NCBI GenBank assembly: GCA_964650885.1
Contig: CAZYXG010000004.1
Span: forward strand, 9,723-73,722
Direction of reading: 5' to 3'
Length of the DNA stretch: 64,000 bases
Source: an uncultured Hyphomicrobiales bacterium
Lineage (GTDB): Bacteria; Bacteroidota; Ignavibacteria; Kapaibacteriales; UBA2268
In this document: in pieces, positions 18,623-28,683 of the stretch
How positions within the stretch are numbered: the first letter of the stretch is position 1
Layout of the letters: every line of letters begins with the position of its first letter
Notes under the pieces: model-generated
What the model was told of the DNA's origin: nothing
The model's input: the letters and a program-made list of their open reading frames with translations, nothing else
Database searches by the model: none
Translations under genes and position numbers: made by a program

Positions 18623-19458
18623 TGTTGTTTTGGCTTGAAATTTACATTTGTATTTATTTTCAAATAATCTTTTGTACTAGAAAGCGATGTGCTAAATAGC
18701 TCAATTCCTAGAGGAATAAATTCTAATCTCGACTCACCAAATTGCTTTGCAGGCATTGGGAAATATATTTCCGATTGCGAAGCCATTGGCAATTCCAAGG
18801 GTTTAATAATCTCAGCCACATCGAGCGGAACCTCTTTATAAAAAGGAACGGACCACTCAAGTAATTTTATTGAGATTTTTGTTTTCAGCATTACATTCTT
18901 TTTTTCTGGCGCTAAGTAAACTTTTCCATTTACAGTTTTTGTTTCAAAGTTGAATTGGTCGTTTAAATAAATAATCACTTCAGGTTCGGCACTCACTGGC
19001 ACAGCCAAGTATTTGCCACTGACTCTCACTTTGCCTTTACCTTCCAGTTCCAATAAACCAATTATTTTGTTATTGTCGTTGCTTTCCATTCGCACCTTCT
19101 TCAAATTCAAATCCATCATCCCATTGTCTATACTTACATAGTTCTTATAGCTAATGCCAAATGTAGATTTGCTTTCAGAATAAATCTCATTTGTTTGCAG
19201 AAAGTTCATTTTCACATCGTTTGTGCTGGAATTTGCAAACTTGTCCATCATGTTATTGATAACAGAAGTTTTAATCAAAACAGAAACATCTTCATTCTGT
19301 TTTTTGTTGCCAATTTTCAAAGCTAATTGTCTTTTAAGCTCCACATATTGAATAGTAAATTTATCAATGTTTTGTTTGGATTCTTCCACTTTTGGCAACT
19401 CTAATCCGCCGCAGCTTGCCAAAGTACTTAGCAGTGCTAAATAAAATAATTTTCTCAT
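18619..19458 (-). CDS. Hypothetical lipoprotein
   Basis: 279 aa. MRKLFYLALLSTLASCGG is a lipobox. The stop overlaps the ybaK start (4-nt overlap). The start shares an ATGA overlap with the upstream lipoprotein gene. Confidence 0.5.
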   Translation of the reverse strand: MRKLFYLALLSTLASCGGLELPKVEESKQNIDKFTIQYVELKRQLALKIGNKKQNEDVSVLIKTSVINNMMDKFANSSTNDVKMNFLQTNEIYSESKSTFGISYKNYVSIDNGMMDLNLKKVRMESNDNNKIIGLLELEGKGKVRVSGKYLAVPVSAEPEVIIYLNDQFNFETKTVNGKVYLAPEKKNVMLKTKISIKLLEWSVPFYKEVPLDVAEIIKPLELPMASQSEIYFPMPAKQFGESRLEFIPLGIELFSTSLSSTKDYLKINTNVNFKPKQQ

Positions 19459-20249
19459 TATCTCACCTCCACTTTAGTTAAGTTCAAACCTACTTGCACA
19501 ACATCTTCAAAAATTGAAATATCCGTTACATTTATTGTGTAATCAACTTTCTTTTCTAAGCTTTCTATATCCATATTGATTTTATCACGAACACTCATTT
19601 TGCTAGATTGCAAAATATATTCTTTCTTTATGTTCACTGGGAATTTGAAGGGAGGATAGCTTGTGCTCATACTCCCCAGATTTTTCTGCACCATTCTTTC
19701 TATCAAATCTTCAGTGGTAGAGAGCAATCCTCCAGCTTTTGCTATTGGTGTGATATTGAAAGGCTCTAACTGCAATAGCAGTTCTTCGTTTTTAAACTCA
19801 AAGCCAATTATACAATCCATTAGTAAATCTACATTTACGTTGTATTTCTCATTGTATGCCAATATAGAGAAAGTCATCAAAGCAGAGCCATAGTTGAGCT
19901 CTGTTTTCATATTCTTAATCACATAGCTTGTAACATTATCTATCCAGCCAGTGCTATTGATGTACTGTCTTCCAATTTTATCTAACATTGCCTTGTTCAA
20001 GCTGAGCTGAATTTCTGGCTTCACGGGGCTTGTGTTGTTTAGCTTTGTTTCCAATTCCTTCGCTTTTTGGTAACGTAATTCACTAATTTTGGCTTCTCTA
20101 TATTTGGAAAATTCTTCTTGATTGAAGTCTGCTCCAGCCATTTGTCTGCCAATCACACATCCACTAAGCGATATTGCTATGCTAAAGCCACAAAGTGCTT
20201 TAATTATGTTCATTTTATTTAACTTTATTGAATTAAGTAACGATTTCAT
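19458..20249 (-). CDS. Hypothetical lipoprotein
   Basis: 263 aa. ...IIKALCGFSIAISLSGC is a lipobox. First gene of a lipoprotein-lipoprotein-ybaK operon; divergent from the patatin-Omp85 gene. Confidence 0.5.
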   Translation of the reverse strand: MKSLLNSIKLNKMNIIKALCGFSIAISLSGCVIGRQMAGADFNQEEFSKYREAKISELRYQKAKELETKLNNTSPVKPEIQLSLNKAMLDKIGRQYINSTGWIDNVTSYVIKNMKTELNYGSALMTFSILAYNEKYNVNVDLLMDCIIGFEFKNEELLLQLEPFNITPIAKAGGLLSTTEDLIERMVQKNLGSMSTSYPPFKFPVNIKKEYILQSSKMSVRDKINMDIESLEKKVDYTINVTDISIFEDVVQVGLNLTKVEVR

Positions 20250-20324
20250 TGCTAAGTTTTCAAGTTTATAGATATTTTTGTAGTATTAACGAGTGTAATT
20301 TTCTAAAGTTTTAAATAATTCTCA

Positions 20325-23000
20325 TTGTTACCAATTACAAAAATATCTACAAAAGTTTTATTATTGTGCTTACTTCTTGCATTTAGCAAGAATAATCTCC
20401 TTTCCAATAATTCTAACGACACAATTAAAATAACTGAAGAAGATGTATATCCCAATATTTCATTGGTGCTTAGCGGCGGTGGTGCTAGGGGATTGACACA
20501 AATTGGAGTGATTGAAGAAATGGAAAGCAATGGACTTTTCCCAAAATCAGTGATAGGCACAAGCATTGGTGCAATTATTGGAGGGATTTATTCCACTGGC
20601 TATAGCCCTAAGGAGCTTGACTCTATTGCCAATTTCACTAATTGGAATGAACTTTTCTCACTCACTAATGAGATGGATAGAAATGATTTATTCATAGATC
20701 AAAAGAAAATTAACGACAGAAGCATTTTCAATTTGCGGTTCAACGGATTGACCTTTGAAGTCCCTAAAGCAGTTAGTGGCGGTGGGAAGTTCAATGAATT
20801 TTTGCAAACACTTTTTTGGAATGCTCCCTATCAATGCAATAGCGATTTCAATAAACTAAAGTACCCATATAGAGCAATTGCTACAGACTTAGTTTCGGGG
20901 CAATCAATCAATTTGCAAAGAGGGGATTTAATCACTTCTATAAAAGCAAGTGCTACTGTGCCACTGCGGTATCTGCCAGTGCTAGTTGATACTATGGTGT
21001 TAGTTGATGGCGGTATTTTGTGCAACATCCCTATAGAACACGCAAAAGAATTCAAACCAGATATGATTATTGCTGTCAATTCCTCTTCGCCACTTTTTAT
21101 AAAAGACGAATTGGAAACTCCTTGGAATATAGCGGACCAAACTATTTCTATTTTAATTAAAAAAATGGCAGCTAAAGATGCAGAGAAAGCTGATATTTTA
21201 ATCACTCCTGAAATAGGAAATTGGAAAAATACTGATTACTCAAATCCAAGCTTGCTAATTGATAGAGGTAGGACTTCGTTTAATATCTATAAAAGCAACA
21301 TACTTAATAAGTTCGATTCAATTTATAAATCAAATATACTTTCCAAATTAAAATTAAAATTTGGAGAAAGAAATTTGAATTTCATTATTAATAAGAAAAA
21401 TTACTACTACCCAGCCGATATGCAGCAAATAGCCAATTTGATAGCAGAAGATGATTATTTCAAACGCTATGGCTTAGTACAATTTGTCTATAATCAAGGT
21501 AGTAACTGCTATAATTTCGATTACCCAAATAATTATATAAACGATATTAATATCAATTTTATAGAAACAAAGAATGACGACAAATCGTTTGAAATACTAA
21601 ATCAAATAAGAAATACGGTAAACACCAAATATGACAATTATATTCTTACTAATAAAATTAAAAAAGAAATTATAGAAGCTATTCTGAAAATATGCAGAGC
21701 AAATTCATACTCGTTCGCAAGTGTTAGCAAATTCCAATTCTCTAGCGATGGAAGTATTGATATAGAAATTGACAAAGGTATTATTACCAAAATTAATGTA
21801 TTGGGCAATAAACAAACAAAAGAATTTCTAATACTAAGAGAGCTTAGTTTTCAAGTAGGCGAGCCAGCAAATGCAATTAAATTAAACGAACTTTATGATA
21901 ATTTAATTGCTACCGAATATTTCAATTATGTTTTTATTGATGTTAAAAAAGTTGATGATTCGGGCTTAGAGCTGAATGTGAATGTTGACGAAAAAGGCAC
22001 TAATAATTTGCGAGTTAGTGCGAAGATAGATAACCAACGCTACACTCAAGGCAATGCAGAATTTGTGAGCAACAACTTTTTAGACAGAGGAGCTAGAACC
22101 ACTCTGCGTATGGCTGGTGGGCAACGCAACTTTCTAACATCTCTAACTTTGGGCAACCCAAGAATACTTACTACTAATCTCGCTTTCGAATTCAATCTCT
22201 TTTATAAAAAAAGAGATATATTCCTATTTAATTTCAAAAATGGATTACCTTTCAATGAATTTGAAAGATTGAAAACTGGCGGCGAAACAGAAGAAAAAAC
22301 TGGTGCTAACTTTAGCTTTGGTTCACAACTGAACAGACTTGGCAATGTCTCAATTGGTGTTCGCCACGAATTTCAAAGAATCTATAATAGTGATGCTAAT
22401 ATCATTCCAAAATTTATTAATTTCACTAATCTAAAATTAGGAACTGAAATTGATACAAAAGATAATAGCGATTTTGCTACAAAAGGAGTTATGTTTCAGC
22501 TTGCATTTCAATCTAGTTTAAATCCAAAATCGGAAGTAAGTTTTTCTAAATTCGATTTAAACTACGAAAACTATTTTTCAATTGGTTCACTCGTTATGAA
22601 GCCATCTCTTTTGCTTGGCTTTGCCGATAAAACATTGCCACGAAGTGAATTCTACACAATGGGTGGTATAAGAAATTTCTTTGGTATGAACGAAGACGAA
22701 GAGCGAGGCCGACAAATATTTGCTGGCTCACTTGAATTTAGATACAAAATGCCATTTAAAATAATATTTGATTCCTATCTTTCATTCCGCTACGATTTAG
22801 GCAAATCTTGGGTAGATCCCGAATCAATTAAGTTTGAAACATTAAAACACGGAATTGGAGCAATCCTTTCGCTCGATACACCATTAGGCCCAGCCAAATT
22901 TGCATTAGGAAAATCTTTCTATTTTATATCGGACCCAAATAGTGTGGTGCAAGGTCCTCTCTACGGCTATTTCTCGCTTGGAGTGGACTTCGGGTATTAA
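20325..23000 (+). CDS. Patatin-like phospholipase fused to a POTRA/Omp85 (bacterial surface antigen) beta-barrel (PlpD-like, type Vd secretion)
   Basis: 891 aa with an apparent TTG start. Signal peptide MLPITKISTKVLLLCLLLAFS. Patatin motifs LVLSGGGARGLTQIGV, GTSIGAIIGG and ...VDGGIL. The C-terminal roughly 350 aa are beta-barrel-like, ending ...GYFSLGVDFGY. Confidence 0.75.
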   Translation: MLPITKISTKVLLLCLLLAFSKNNLLSNNSNDTIKITEEDVYPNISLVLSGGGARGLTQIGVIEEMESNGLFPKSVIGTSIGAIIGGIYSTGYSPKELDSIANFTNWNELFSLTNEMDRNDLFIDQKKINDRSIFNLRFNGLTFEVPKAVSGGGKFNEFLQTLFWNAPYQCNSDFNKLKYPYRAIATDLVSGQSINLQRGDLITSIKASATVPLRYLPVLVDTMVLVDGGILCNIPIEHAKEFKPDMIIAVNSSSPLFIKDELETPWNIADQTISILIKKMAAKDAEKADILITPEIGNWKNTDYSNPSLLIDRGRTSFNIYKSNILNKFDSIYKSNILSKLKLKFGERNLNFIINKKNYYYPADMQQIANLIAEDDYFKRYGLVQFVYNQGSNCYNFDYPNNYINDININFIETKNDDKSFEILNQIRNTVNTKYDNYILTNKIKKEIIEAILKICRANSYSFASVSKFQFSSDGSIDIEIDKGIITKINVLGNKQTKEFLILRELSFQVGEPANAIKLNELYDNLIATEYFNYVFIDVKKVDDSGLELNVNVDEKGTNNLRVSAKIDNQRYTQGNAEFVSNNFLDRGARTTLRMAGGQRNFLTSLTLGNPRILTTNLAFEFNLFYKKRDIFLFNFKNGLPFNEFERLKTGGETEEKTGANFSFGSQLNRLGNVSIGVRHEFQRIYNSDANIIPKFINFTNLKLGTEIDTKDNSDFATKGVMFQLAFQSSLNPKSEVSFSKFDLNYENYFSIGSLVMKPSLLLGFADKTLPRSEFYTMGGIRNFFGMNEDEERGRQIFAGSLEFRYKMPFKIIFDSYLSFRYDLGKSWVDPESIKFETLKHGIGAILSLDTPLGPAKFALGKSFYFISDPNSVVQGPLYGYFSLGVDFGY

Positions 23001-23551
23001 TGTTTATTTAAGTTTTCAATTGCATCGTGGTGGATAGCATTCATATAAATTTCTGGAGCAACTATATTGCAGCTTTTGAAATGCAACTTCACTCCCGACT
23101 CAGCAAACATAGCTTTCGTGCGTTCGTGTTGATCCACCCATTTTCCATTTGTGTTAGCATCATAGAATTCCTGACCATTCTTATGAATAATCACTTCCGA
23201 AATACCAGTTTGGATAATCCCTCTAGCACAATCGGTGCAAGGGAGCCAAGGGACATAGATTTTGCACCCTTTCAAAATAGTGCCTCTGCGAGCAGCATTA
23301 TAAATAGCGTTGCGTTCCGCATGTTCAAGCCAAAAGTATTTTTCGCCATTCTCTCTGGAAAGTCGAATTTCAGATTCATCAACTTCCACCCCTCGGGGCA
23401 GAGAATTATATCCAGTAGCTACAAGTACATTGTCGGCATCGGCAATTATAGAACCCATGTGAGTATGTGGATCTTTGCTTCGCATACCAACCAAATAGCA
23501 CATAGTGATATAAAGCTGATCCCAATCGGGTCTTAACATTTGATTAGACAT
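22997..23551 (-). CDS. dCMP/cytidine deaminase-family zinc enzyme (ComEB/dCMP deaminase-like)
   Basis: 184 aa. ...HAERNAI... and ...VPWLPCTDCARGIIQTGI are the H(A/C)E...PCxxC zinc motifs. The 3' end overlaps the patatin gene by 4 nt. Confidence 0.75.
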   Translation of the reverse strand: MSNQMLRPDWDQLYITMCYLVGMRSKDPHTHMGSIIADADNVLVATGYNSLPRGVEVDESEIRLSRENGEKYFWLEHAERNAIYNAARRGTILKGCKIYVPWLPCTDCARGIIQTGISEVIIHKNGQEFYDANTNGKWVDQHERTKAMFAESGVKLHFKSCNIVAPEIYMNAIHHDAIENLNKH

Positions 23552-23804
23552 TCACAACCTTGCTAAAAACTAAAAAAGCAATTTAGCTAATTGGGAAATG
23601 AAATCAAAAATTAATTATGAGTTAAGAGTGATGATTTTATAATTCCTTTTGTTAAGGATTACAGACTTTTCTGGCAAGGCAAAAAAAATTATTAATGCAC
23701 AGTTAATTGAAACAGATTGTTGAACTAAATCAAATTAGAATAAGTTTGCAAAGAATTCTCTTTTTTCATTAAGTTTGTATTGGTAATCACTACTAATTTA
23801 GAAA

Positions 23805-24707
23805 ATGTCTATACGCCATTGGATTAATGCGACTCGTCCTAAAACTTTGCCTGCCAGTATTGTGCCGGTGGTTTTGGGTATAGCGGCTGCATATCACGAT
23901 GGGGGACATGACTTTAGCAAAATCAATATCCTTACTGCTTTGCTTACTTTGCTTTGCGGTCTTGGAATCCAAATTCTCACAAACTTTGTAAATGAAATCT
24001 ACGACTTCAAAAAAGGCGTGGATACTGATGAACGCAAAGGACCAGTCCGAGCTGTTGCCAAAGGCTTAATTTCTGTGCAGCAAATGACTAGAGCTTCTAT
24101 TTTTGTTGCCGCAATCACATTTATAATGGGGATATATCTTGTAGCCACGAGCGGTTACTATATTCTAATTGTTGGTATTGTGTCGCTGTTTTTGGCTTAT
24201 GGCTATACAGCAGGGCCAGCACCTCTTTCATATTTAGGTATTGGCGATTTATTTGTGTTGGTCTTTTTCGGTATTGTGGCAGTAAATGGCACATACTATA
24301 TCCAGACTAATACTTTCTCCTATCAAGTGTTTTGGATGAGCTTGCCAATTGGCTTTTTTGCCACTAACATATTGGGTGTCAACAATATACGTGATGTGAG
24401 AACCGACAAAGTAGCTAAAAAAATTACTCTCCCTGTTAGAATTGGTGTTAAAAATGCAATCATACTTTATGTGCTGCTAACGGCTGCTGCATACTTTATG
24501 GGAATATTTATTGTGTTTTCAATGCGTGATTATGTATTCGCTTTACCACTTCTAACCATTCCCCTTGGCATCAAGTTATGCTACGATATTTTCAGAAAAC
24601 GAGATGAAGAACTAAACTTAGTGCTGGCAGGAACTGCTAAGTTATCCTTATTCTATGGCATCCTGCTTTCACTGAGTTTAGTAATCAAAACCCAATTAAG
24701 GATTTAG
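23805..24707 (+). CDS. menA: 1,4-dihydroxy-2-naphthoate octaprenyltransferase (UbiA family)
   Basis: 300 aa. RHWINATRPKTLPASIVPVVLGIAAAY, ...NEIYDFKKGVDTDER... and ...YLGIGDLFVLVFFG...NNIRDVRTD align motif-by-motif with E. coli MenA. Confidence 0.75.
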   Translation: MSIRHWINATRPKTLPASIVPVVLGIAAAYHDGGHDFSKINILTALLTLLCGLGIQILTNFVNEIYDFKKGVDTDERKGPVRAVAKGLISVQQMTRASIFVAAITFIMGIYLVATSGYYILIVGIVSLFLAYGYTAGPAPLSYLGIGDLFVLVFFGIVAVNGTYYIQTNTFSYQVFWMSLPIGFFATNILGVNNIRDVRTDKVAKKITLPVRIGVKNAIILYVLLTAAAYFMGIFIVFSMRDYVFALPLLTIPLGIKLCYDIFRKRDEELNLVLAGTAKLSLFYGILLSLSLVIKTQLRI

Positions 24708-24711
24708 CAAA

Positions 24712-25887
24712 ATGACTAAAGCACAAGACTCGCAAAGAATGGGTCAATTCTTTGTGATAACATTAATCACATTAACCTCTGCTTTGGGTATTGCTTCAAT
24801 ACCACCTGCGTTTCCAACAATCGCACAGCACTTCAATTTACCAATTGAAAAAATTGGAATTTTAATGGGAGTTTTCACTCTCCCTGGCATAATCCTAACT
24901 CCAATATTTGGCTTTTTAGCTGATAAATATTCTCGAAAAGTAATTCTAATTCCATCGCTTTTAATTTTTGCAATAGCTGGTATTGCAGTTGCTTCAGCAA
25001 CTACATTCCAAGAGCTAATTATATTCCGTTTGCTGCAAGGTATTGGAGTCTCTCCGCTCGGTGCATTGAATATCTCGCTAATTGGCGATGTGTTCGAGCC
25101 GAACGAACGAAGCAAATATACTGGTCTCAATGGAATGGTGCTATCTCTTGGTACTGCTTTTTTCCCATTGATTGGGGGCTATCTCTCGCTAATTAGCTGG
25201 AACACACCATTTTATTTGGCTGGCTTTGGATTTCTAGTTTTAGCATTGTATTATATCTATTTCCGCAATACTCCAGCCAATCCTACAAATATAAACTTAA
25301 AGCAAATAGGCGAAAGTTTTAAAGACAAAGTGTTTTCAAAAATAATAATTTTCAATATGCTTTCTTACTTTTTGCTAATTGGAGTTCTGTTTACATATAT
25401 CCCTTTCTTATTGAAAAATAGTTTTGGTTTGCAATCAAACCAGATTGGAATTTACTTATTTGTGCTTTCAATTTCTGCTGCAATTAGTGCCAGCTTTCTT
25501 CATTTGCTCATTCGCAAAATAGGGGAAAGCGGCATTGTTAAATTGCAGTTTCTAATCTTTGCAATCACTCTTTTTGTTATTCCATTTTTGAATCAAACCC
25601 TTCTGTTTATTCCAGTTATTGCATTTGGTTTCGCCTTCGGGGTAAATTTGCCAAATATGCAATTTTGGGTGCTAAATATTACACCACAAGAAAAGCGTGC
25701 TTCAATAGTGGCTGTGCATAGGTCAATTTCCCAAATAGGTCAAACAATCGGCCCAATACTTATGGGATTGCTAATGAGCAAATTTCTTTTGAAAGATCAA
25801 ATTAAAGTAGTCTTTCATACTGGTGCATTCATAGCTTTGGGAGCTTTTGCTTTATCGCTATTATTATTAAGAAAAGAAAAATTTTAA
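24712..25887 (+). CDS. MFS transporter
   Basis: 391 aa with 12 predicted TM helices. ...GFLADKYSRKVIL... is the MFS motif A region. Starts 4 nt after menA. Confidence 0.7.
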   Translation: MTKAQDSQRMGQFFVITLITLTSALGIASIPPAFPTIAQHFNLPIEKIGILMGVFTLPGIILTPIFGFLADKYSRKVILIPSLLIFAIAGIAVASATTFQELIIFRLLQGIGVSPLGALNISLIGDVFEPNERSKYTGLNGMVLSLGTAFFPLIGGYLSLISWNTPFYLAGFGFLVLALYYIYFRNTPANPTNINLKQIGESFKDKVFSKIIIFNMLSYFLLIGVLFTYIPFLLKNSFGLQSNQIGIYLFVLSISAAISASFLHLLIRKIGESGIVKLQFLIFAITLFVIPFLNQTLLFIPVIAFGFAFGVNLPNMQFWVLNITPQEKRASIVAVHRSISQIGQTIGPILMGLLMSKFLLKDQIKVVFHTGAFIALGAFALSLLLLRKEKF

Positions 25888-25914
25888 CAACTAATAATTT
25901 TTTAAGGTTAAACT

Positions 25915-28404
25915 ATGACGAACCAATTAAATAATTTGAAACTCTTTGTAATGTTGACTTTGCTGATGGCTACTCTTAGCTTGAGTGCGGGACATTATAA
26001 AGGGCGATTGCTGGAAACAACCACAAATGATGTGCAACCGAAAGTAACAGTAATGCTAAAAGAACTTAGTTTGAAAATGATTACCGACCAAAATGGCGAA
26101 TTCGTTTTCCGCAGACTTGAAGCAGGCACTTACACTTTGCAATTCAAAGGGATAAGCATTGCTGAAAAAGAAGTGAAAATCAAAGTGGAAAATAATGATG
26201 ATGTCGATAATGTACATGTCATACCAATTACTTTCAGAGATGTGAGAGCAAACGAAGTAGATGTTTATAGCTCGAATAGACGTTTGCAAAAAATTACTGA
26301 AGCTCCATCGGCTATTTCTGTGGTAAGTGGTAAAGCTTTGGAGCAAGCTACTTCACACGGGCAATTATCGAAAACTTTGGAGCATATACAAGGTATAGAT
26401 GTAGTACAGTCGGGAATGAATGACTTTAATATAAACACTCGTGGTTTCAATAATTCAATCAATCGCCGTGTGTTAGTGCTTGTGGATGGTAGAGATCCAT
26501 CTACACCATTGTTGAATTTAATGGAATGGAATTCACTCCAAACTAACTTAGCAGATATTAGCAAAATAGAAGTTGTTCGTGGACCTGGCTCTGCTCTTTA
26601 TGGAATGAACGCATATAATGGTGTAATAAATATTACTACGAATGCACCGAAAGATGTTTTGGGAACAAGAGTTTCTGTAACTGGTGGCGATTATAATACT
26701 TTACGTGCTGACGCCAGACACGCTGGAAAAATTACTGATGATTTGCTTTTCAAAGTGAATGTGGGTGGCTCTTCGCAACGTCAATCTTGGATTGGCTCAA
26801 GAGATCTTTCTGGTGGTGGCTCACTTGAATATACAGGACTTTTGCAAGATGTGAAAGGCAACAGACCTGGAGTTGGAAATATTCAAAATATTGATTCAAT
26901 GATAAACCAACATAAAACTGCACAAAGTATTTTTGGAACAGCTCGCTTAGATTATACGTTAAACGAGAACGCAACTATTTTGGCAGAGATTGGTTATTCA
27001 AGATATAAAAATGAATACTTTGTGAACCAAACTGGACGTATTTTAATTCCAGATGTAGAAAAGCCATTTGCAAGAGTTGCTTATAATTCCAAAAACTGGA
27101 ACATTCAAGCCCACTGGAGTAAGCGTAACACGCCAATGCCACAAGTCGTTATGAATGCAGCGGCTACAAGTGGCGAGAAATCGGATATTGCTACAGTAGA
27201 TGCACAATGGAATGAATCGTATTTGCAAGACCAATTGAAAGTTGTGGCAGGAGTTAGCCATGAATACCAACATATTATAACAGCTGCAGCTGGTTCATCT
27301 CCACTTTTGAACCCAGATAATTTACATAATAATTTCACTGGTGTTTATGGACAGTTTGAATATAGTATTCTGAAAAATTTGCAATTAGTGGGAGCTACTC
27401 GATTCGATAGATCTACCTTGTTTGCAAATCAGTTTTCACCAAAAGCTGCGTTAGTTTGGGCACCTATTGATGACCAAACTTTCCGATTCACTGTGAACCG
27501 TTCATTTTTGCGACCAAGCTATTCTGATTATCAACGACGCTCTCCCGCAGGGCCGCCAGCGAATTATTCGGCAATAGACAATGCTATCGCTCAGCTATAT
27601 GGAATAGATACTCTTGGCTTGCGTAGTTTGAGCCAATGGAATTTAGGAAATAAAAATATTGGAGTGGAAAGTTCAGTTAGCTATGAAATTGGATATAAGG
27701 GTGTGATAACAGATGAATTTTACATAACAGCAGACGTATATTATAATCGTCGTTCAAACTTTATTTCCAATCCATTGGGTGGATTAGTACCTCAACTTTA
27801 TACTCCAGTTAGATATAAAAATGCAGATGGAACCGAAAATGTAGAAGCCAATAAAGCATTGCAAGATTCTTTAACTAAAGTAGTAACTAACCCTCTTTTA
27901 AATCCTTACGACAGACTTTCAATTGATCCAGTAACTGGCAAAGCTTCTTTAATAGTAGCCCCAAAAAATATTGGTATGGTGGACGAGTACGGAGTTGAAA
28001 TTGGAGTGAATTACTACTTGAATAGCAACTTATTTTTTACTGCTAATTACACTCATTTGGGATTTGAGGTTACAGAAAATACAGTAGCAACAAATAAAAT
28101 ATTGCCTAACTCAAGCCCGAATAAAGTGAACTTTGGAATAGAATACGATGAGAAAAAAGGTTCATTACCATTCAATGTGAATTTGAATGTACGTGGAGTG
28201 CAGGGCTTCAAATGGATAGCAGGTTTCTTTGAAGGAAACGTTCCAGAATATTGGGTAGTGAATTTATCTGCTGGCGTTAGTTTAACAAAAGAAATGAAAC
28301 TTGGAGTGAATGTATTCAACTTATTAGATAGAAGACATTACCAAATATTTGGTGGTACATATTTGCAGCGTGTGGCTACAGCGAGCTTAGCTTACACATT
28401 CTAA
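25915..28404 (+). CDS. TonB-dependent outer-membrane receptor with N-terminal carboxypeptidase-regulatory-like domain
   Basis: 829 aa. The plug has ...EVVRGPGSALYGMNAYNGVINITT. Long beta-barrel; C-terminal ...ASLAYTF ends in an aromatic residue. Confidence 0.8.
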   Translation: MTNQLNNLKLFVMLTLLMATLSLSAGHYKGRLLETTTNDVQPKVTVMLKELSLKMITDQNGEFVFRRLEAGTYTLQFKGISIAEKEVKIKVENNDDVDNVHVIPITFRDVRANEVDVYSSNRRLQKITEAPSAISVVSGKALEQATSHGQLSKTLEHIQGIDVVQSGMNDFNINTRGFNNSINRRVLVLVDGRDPSTPLLNLMEWNSLQTNLADISKIEVVRGPGSALYGMNAYNGVINITTNAPKDVLGTRVSVTGGDYNTLRADARHAGKITDDLLFKVNVGGSSQRQSWIGSRDLSGGGSLEYTGLLQDVKGNRPGVGNIQNIDSMINQHKTAQSIFGTARLDYTLNENATILAEIGYSRYKNEYFVNQTGRILIPDVEKPFARVAYNSKNWNIQAHWSKRNTPMPQVVMNAAATSGEKSDIATVDAQWNESYLQDQLKVVAGVSHEYQHIITAAAGSSPLLNPDNLHNNFTGVYGQFEYSILKNLQLVGATRFDRSTLFANQFSPKAALVWAPIDDQTFRFTVNRSFLRPSYSDYQRRSPAGPPANYSAIDNAIAQLYGIDTLGLRSLSQWNLGNKNIGVESSVSYEIGYKGVITDEFYITADVYYNRRSNFISNPLGGLVPQLYTPVRYKNADGTENVEANKALQDSLTKVVTNPLLNPYDRLSIDPVTGKASLIVAPKNIGMVDEYGVEIGVNYYLNSNLFFTANYTHLGFEVTENTVATNKILPNSSPNKVNFGIEYDEKKGSLPFNVNLNVRGVQGFKWIAGFFEGNVPEYWVVNLSAGVSLTKEMKLGVNVFNLLDRRHYQIFGGTYLQRVATASLAYTF

Positions 28405-28450
28405 AAAGAGTTGCTTTTTGCCCTATGAAAGTACGAAGAAATTCAAAAAA

Positions 28451-28487
28451 AGAGCCGATGATATTAAATGTTCATCGGCTCTTTTTG
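28451..28487 (+). terminator. Rho-independent terminator after the TonB-dependent receptor gene
   Basis: Perfect 11-bp stem AGAGCCGATGA / TCATCGGCTCT with a 10-nt loop, followed by TTTTT. Confidence 0.65.
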
Positions 28488-28642
28488 ATTATATCTATCT
28501 CACTTTCGTATTTGAGAGCTCCGTGGTCTCCTAAGTTGGATTCCTTGTCTTTCTTCACTTACAAGTGGATTTCAAATTTAAAAAAAAGTATGAAATAAAT
28601 CTAACTAAACCCAAAACATTGTTTTGAAATAAACAAAAAAAA

Positions 28643-28665
28643 CCCAAAAACAAATTGCTTTTGGG
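28643..28665 (-). terminator. Hairpin plus T-run downstream (minus strand) of tRNA-Phe
   Basis: CCCAAAA / TTTTGGG form a 7-bp stem. On the minus strand it is followed by a T8 run (plus-strand aaaaaaaa at 28635-28642). Confidence 0.4.
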
Positions 28666-28683
28666 CTTTAATATTCTAATCTG

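Noticed and set aside
20262-20275. Bacteroidetes-type -7 promoter box (TAnnTTTG-like TATTTTTG) upstream of the patatin-Omp85 gene
   Set aside because: A single short match in AT-rich DNA. SD usage in this genome makes Bacteroidia-style promoters uncertain. Not reported as a feature.
24744-25130. 128-aa minus-strand ORF inside the MFS transporter gene
   Set aside because: It is antisense to a gene with a clear 12-TM MFS pattern. Spurious.
28425-28598. 57-codon ORF MKVRRNSKKEPMILNVHRLFLIISISL...
   Set aside because: It spans the strong terminator hairpin after the TonB receptor gene and is below 60 aa. Almost certainly non-coding.
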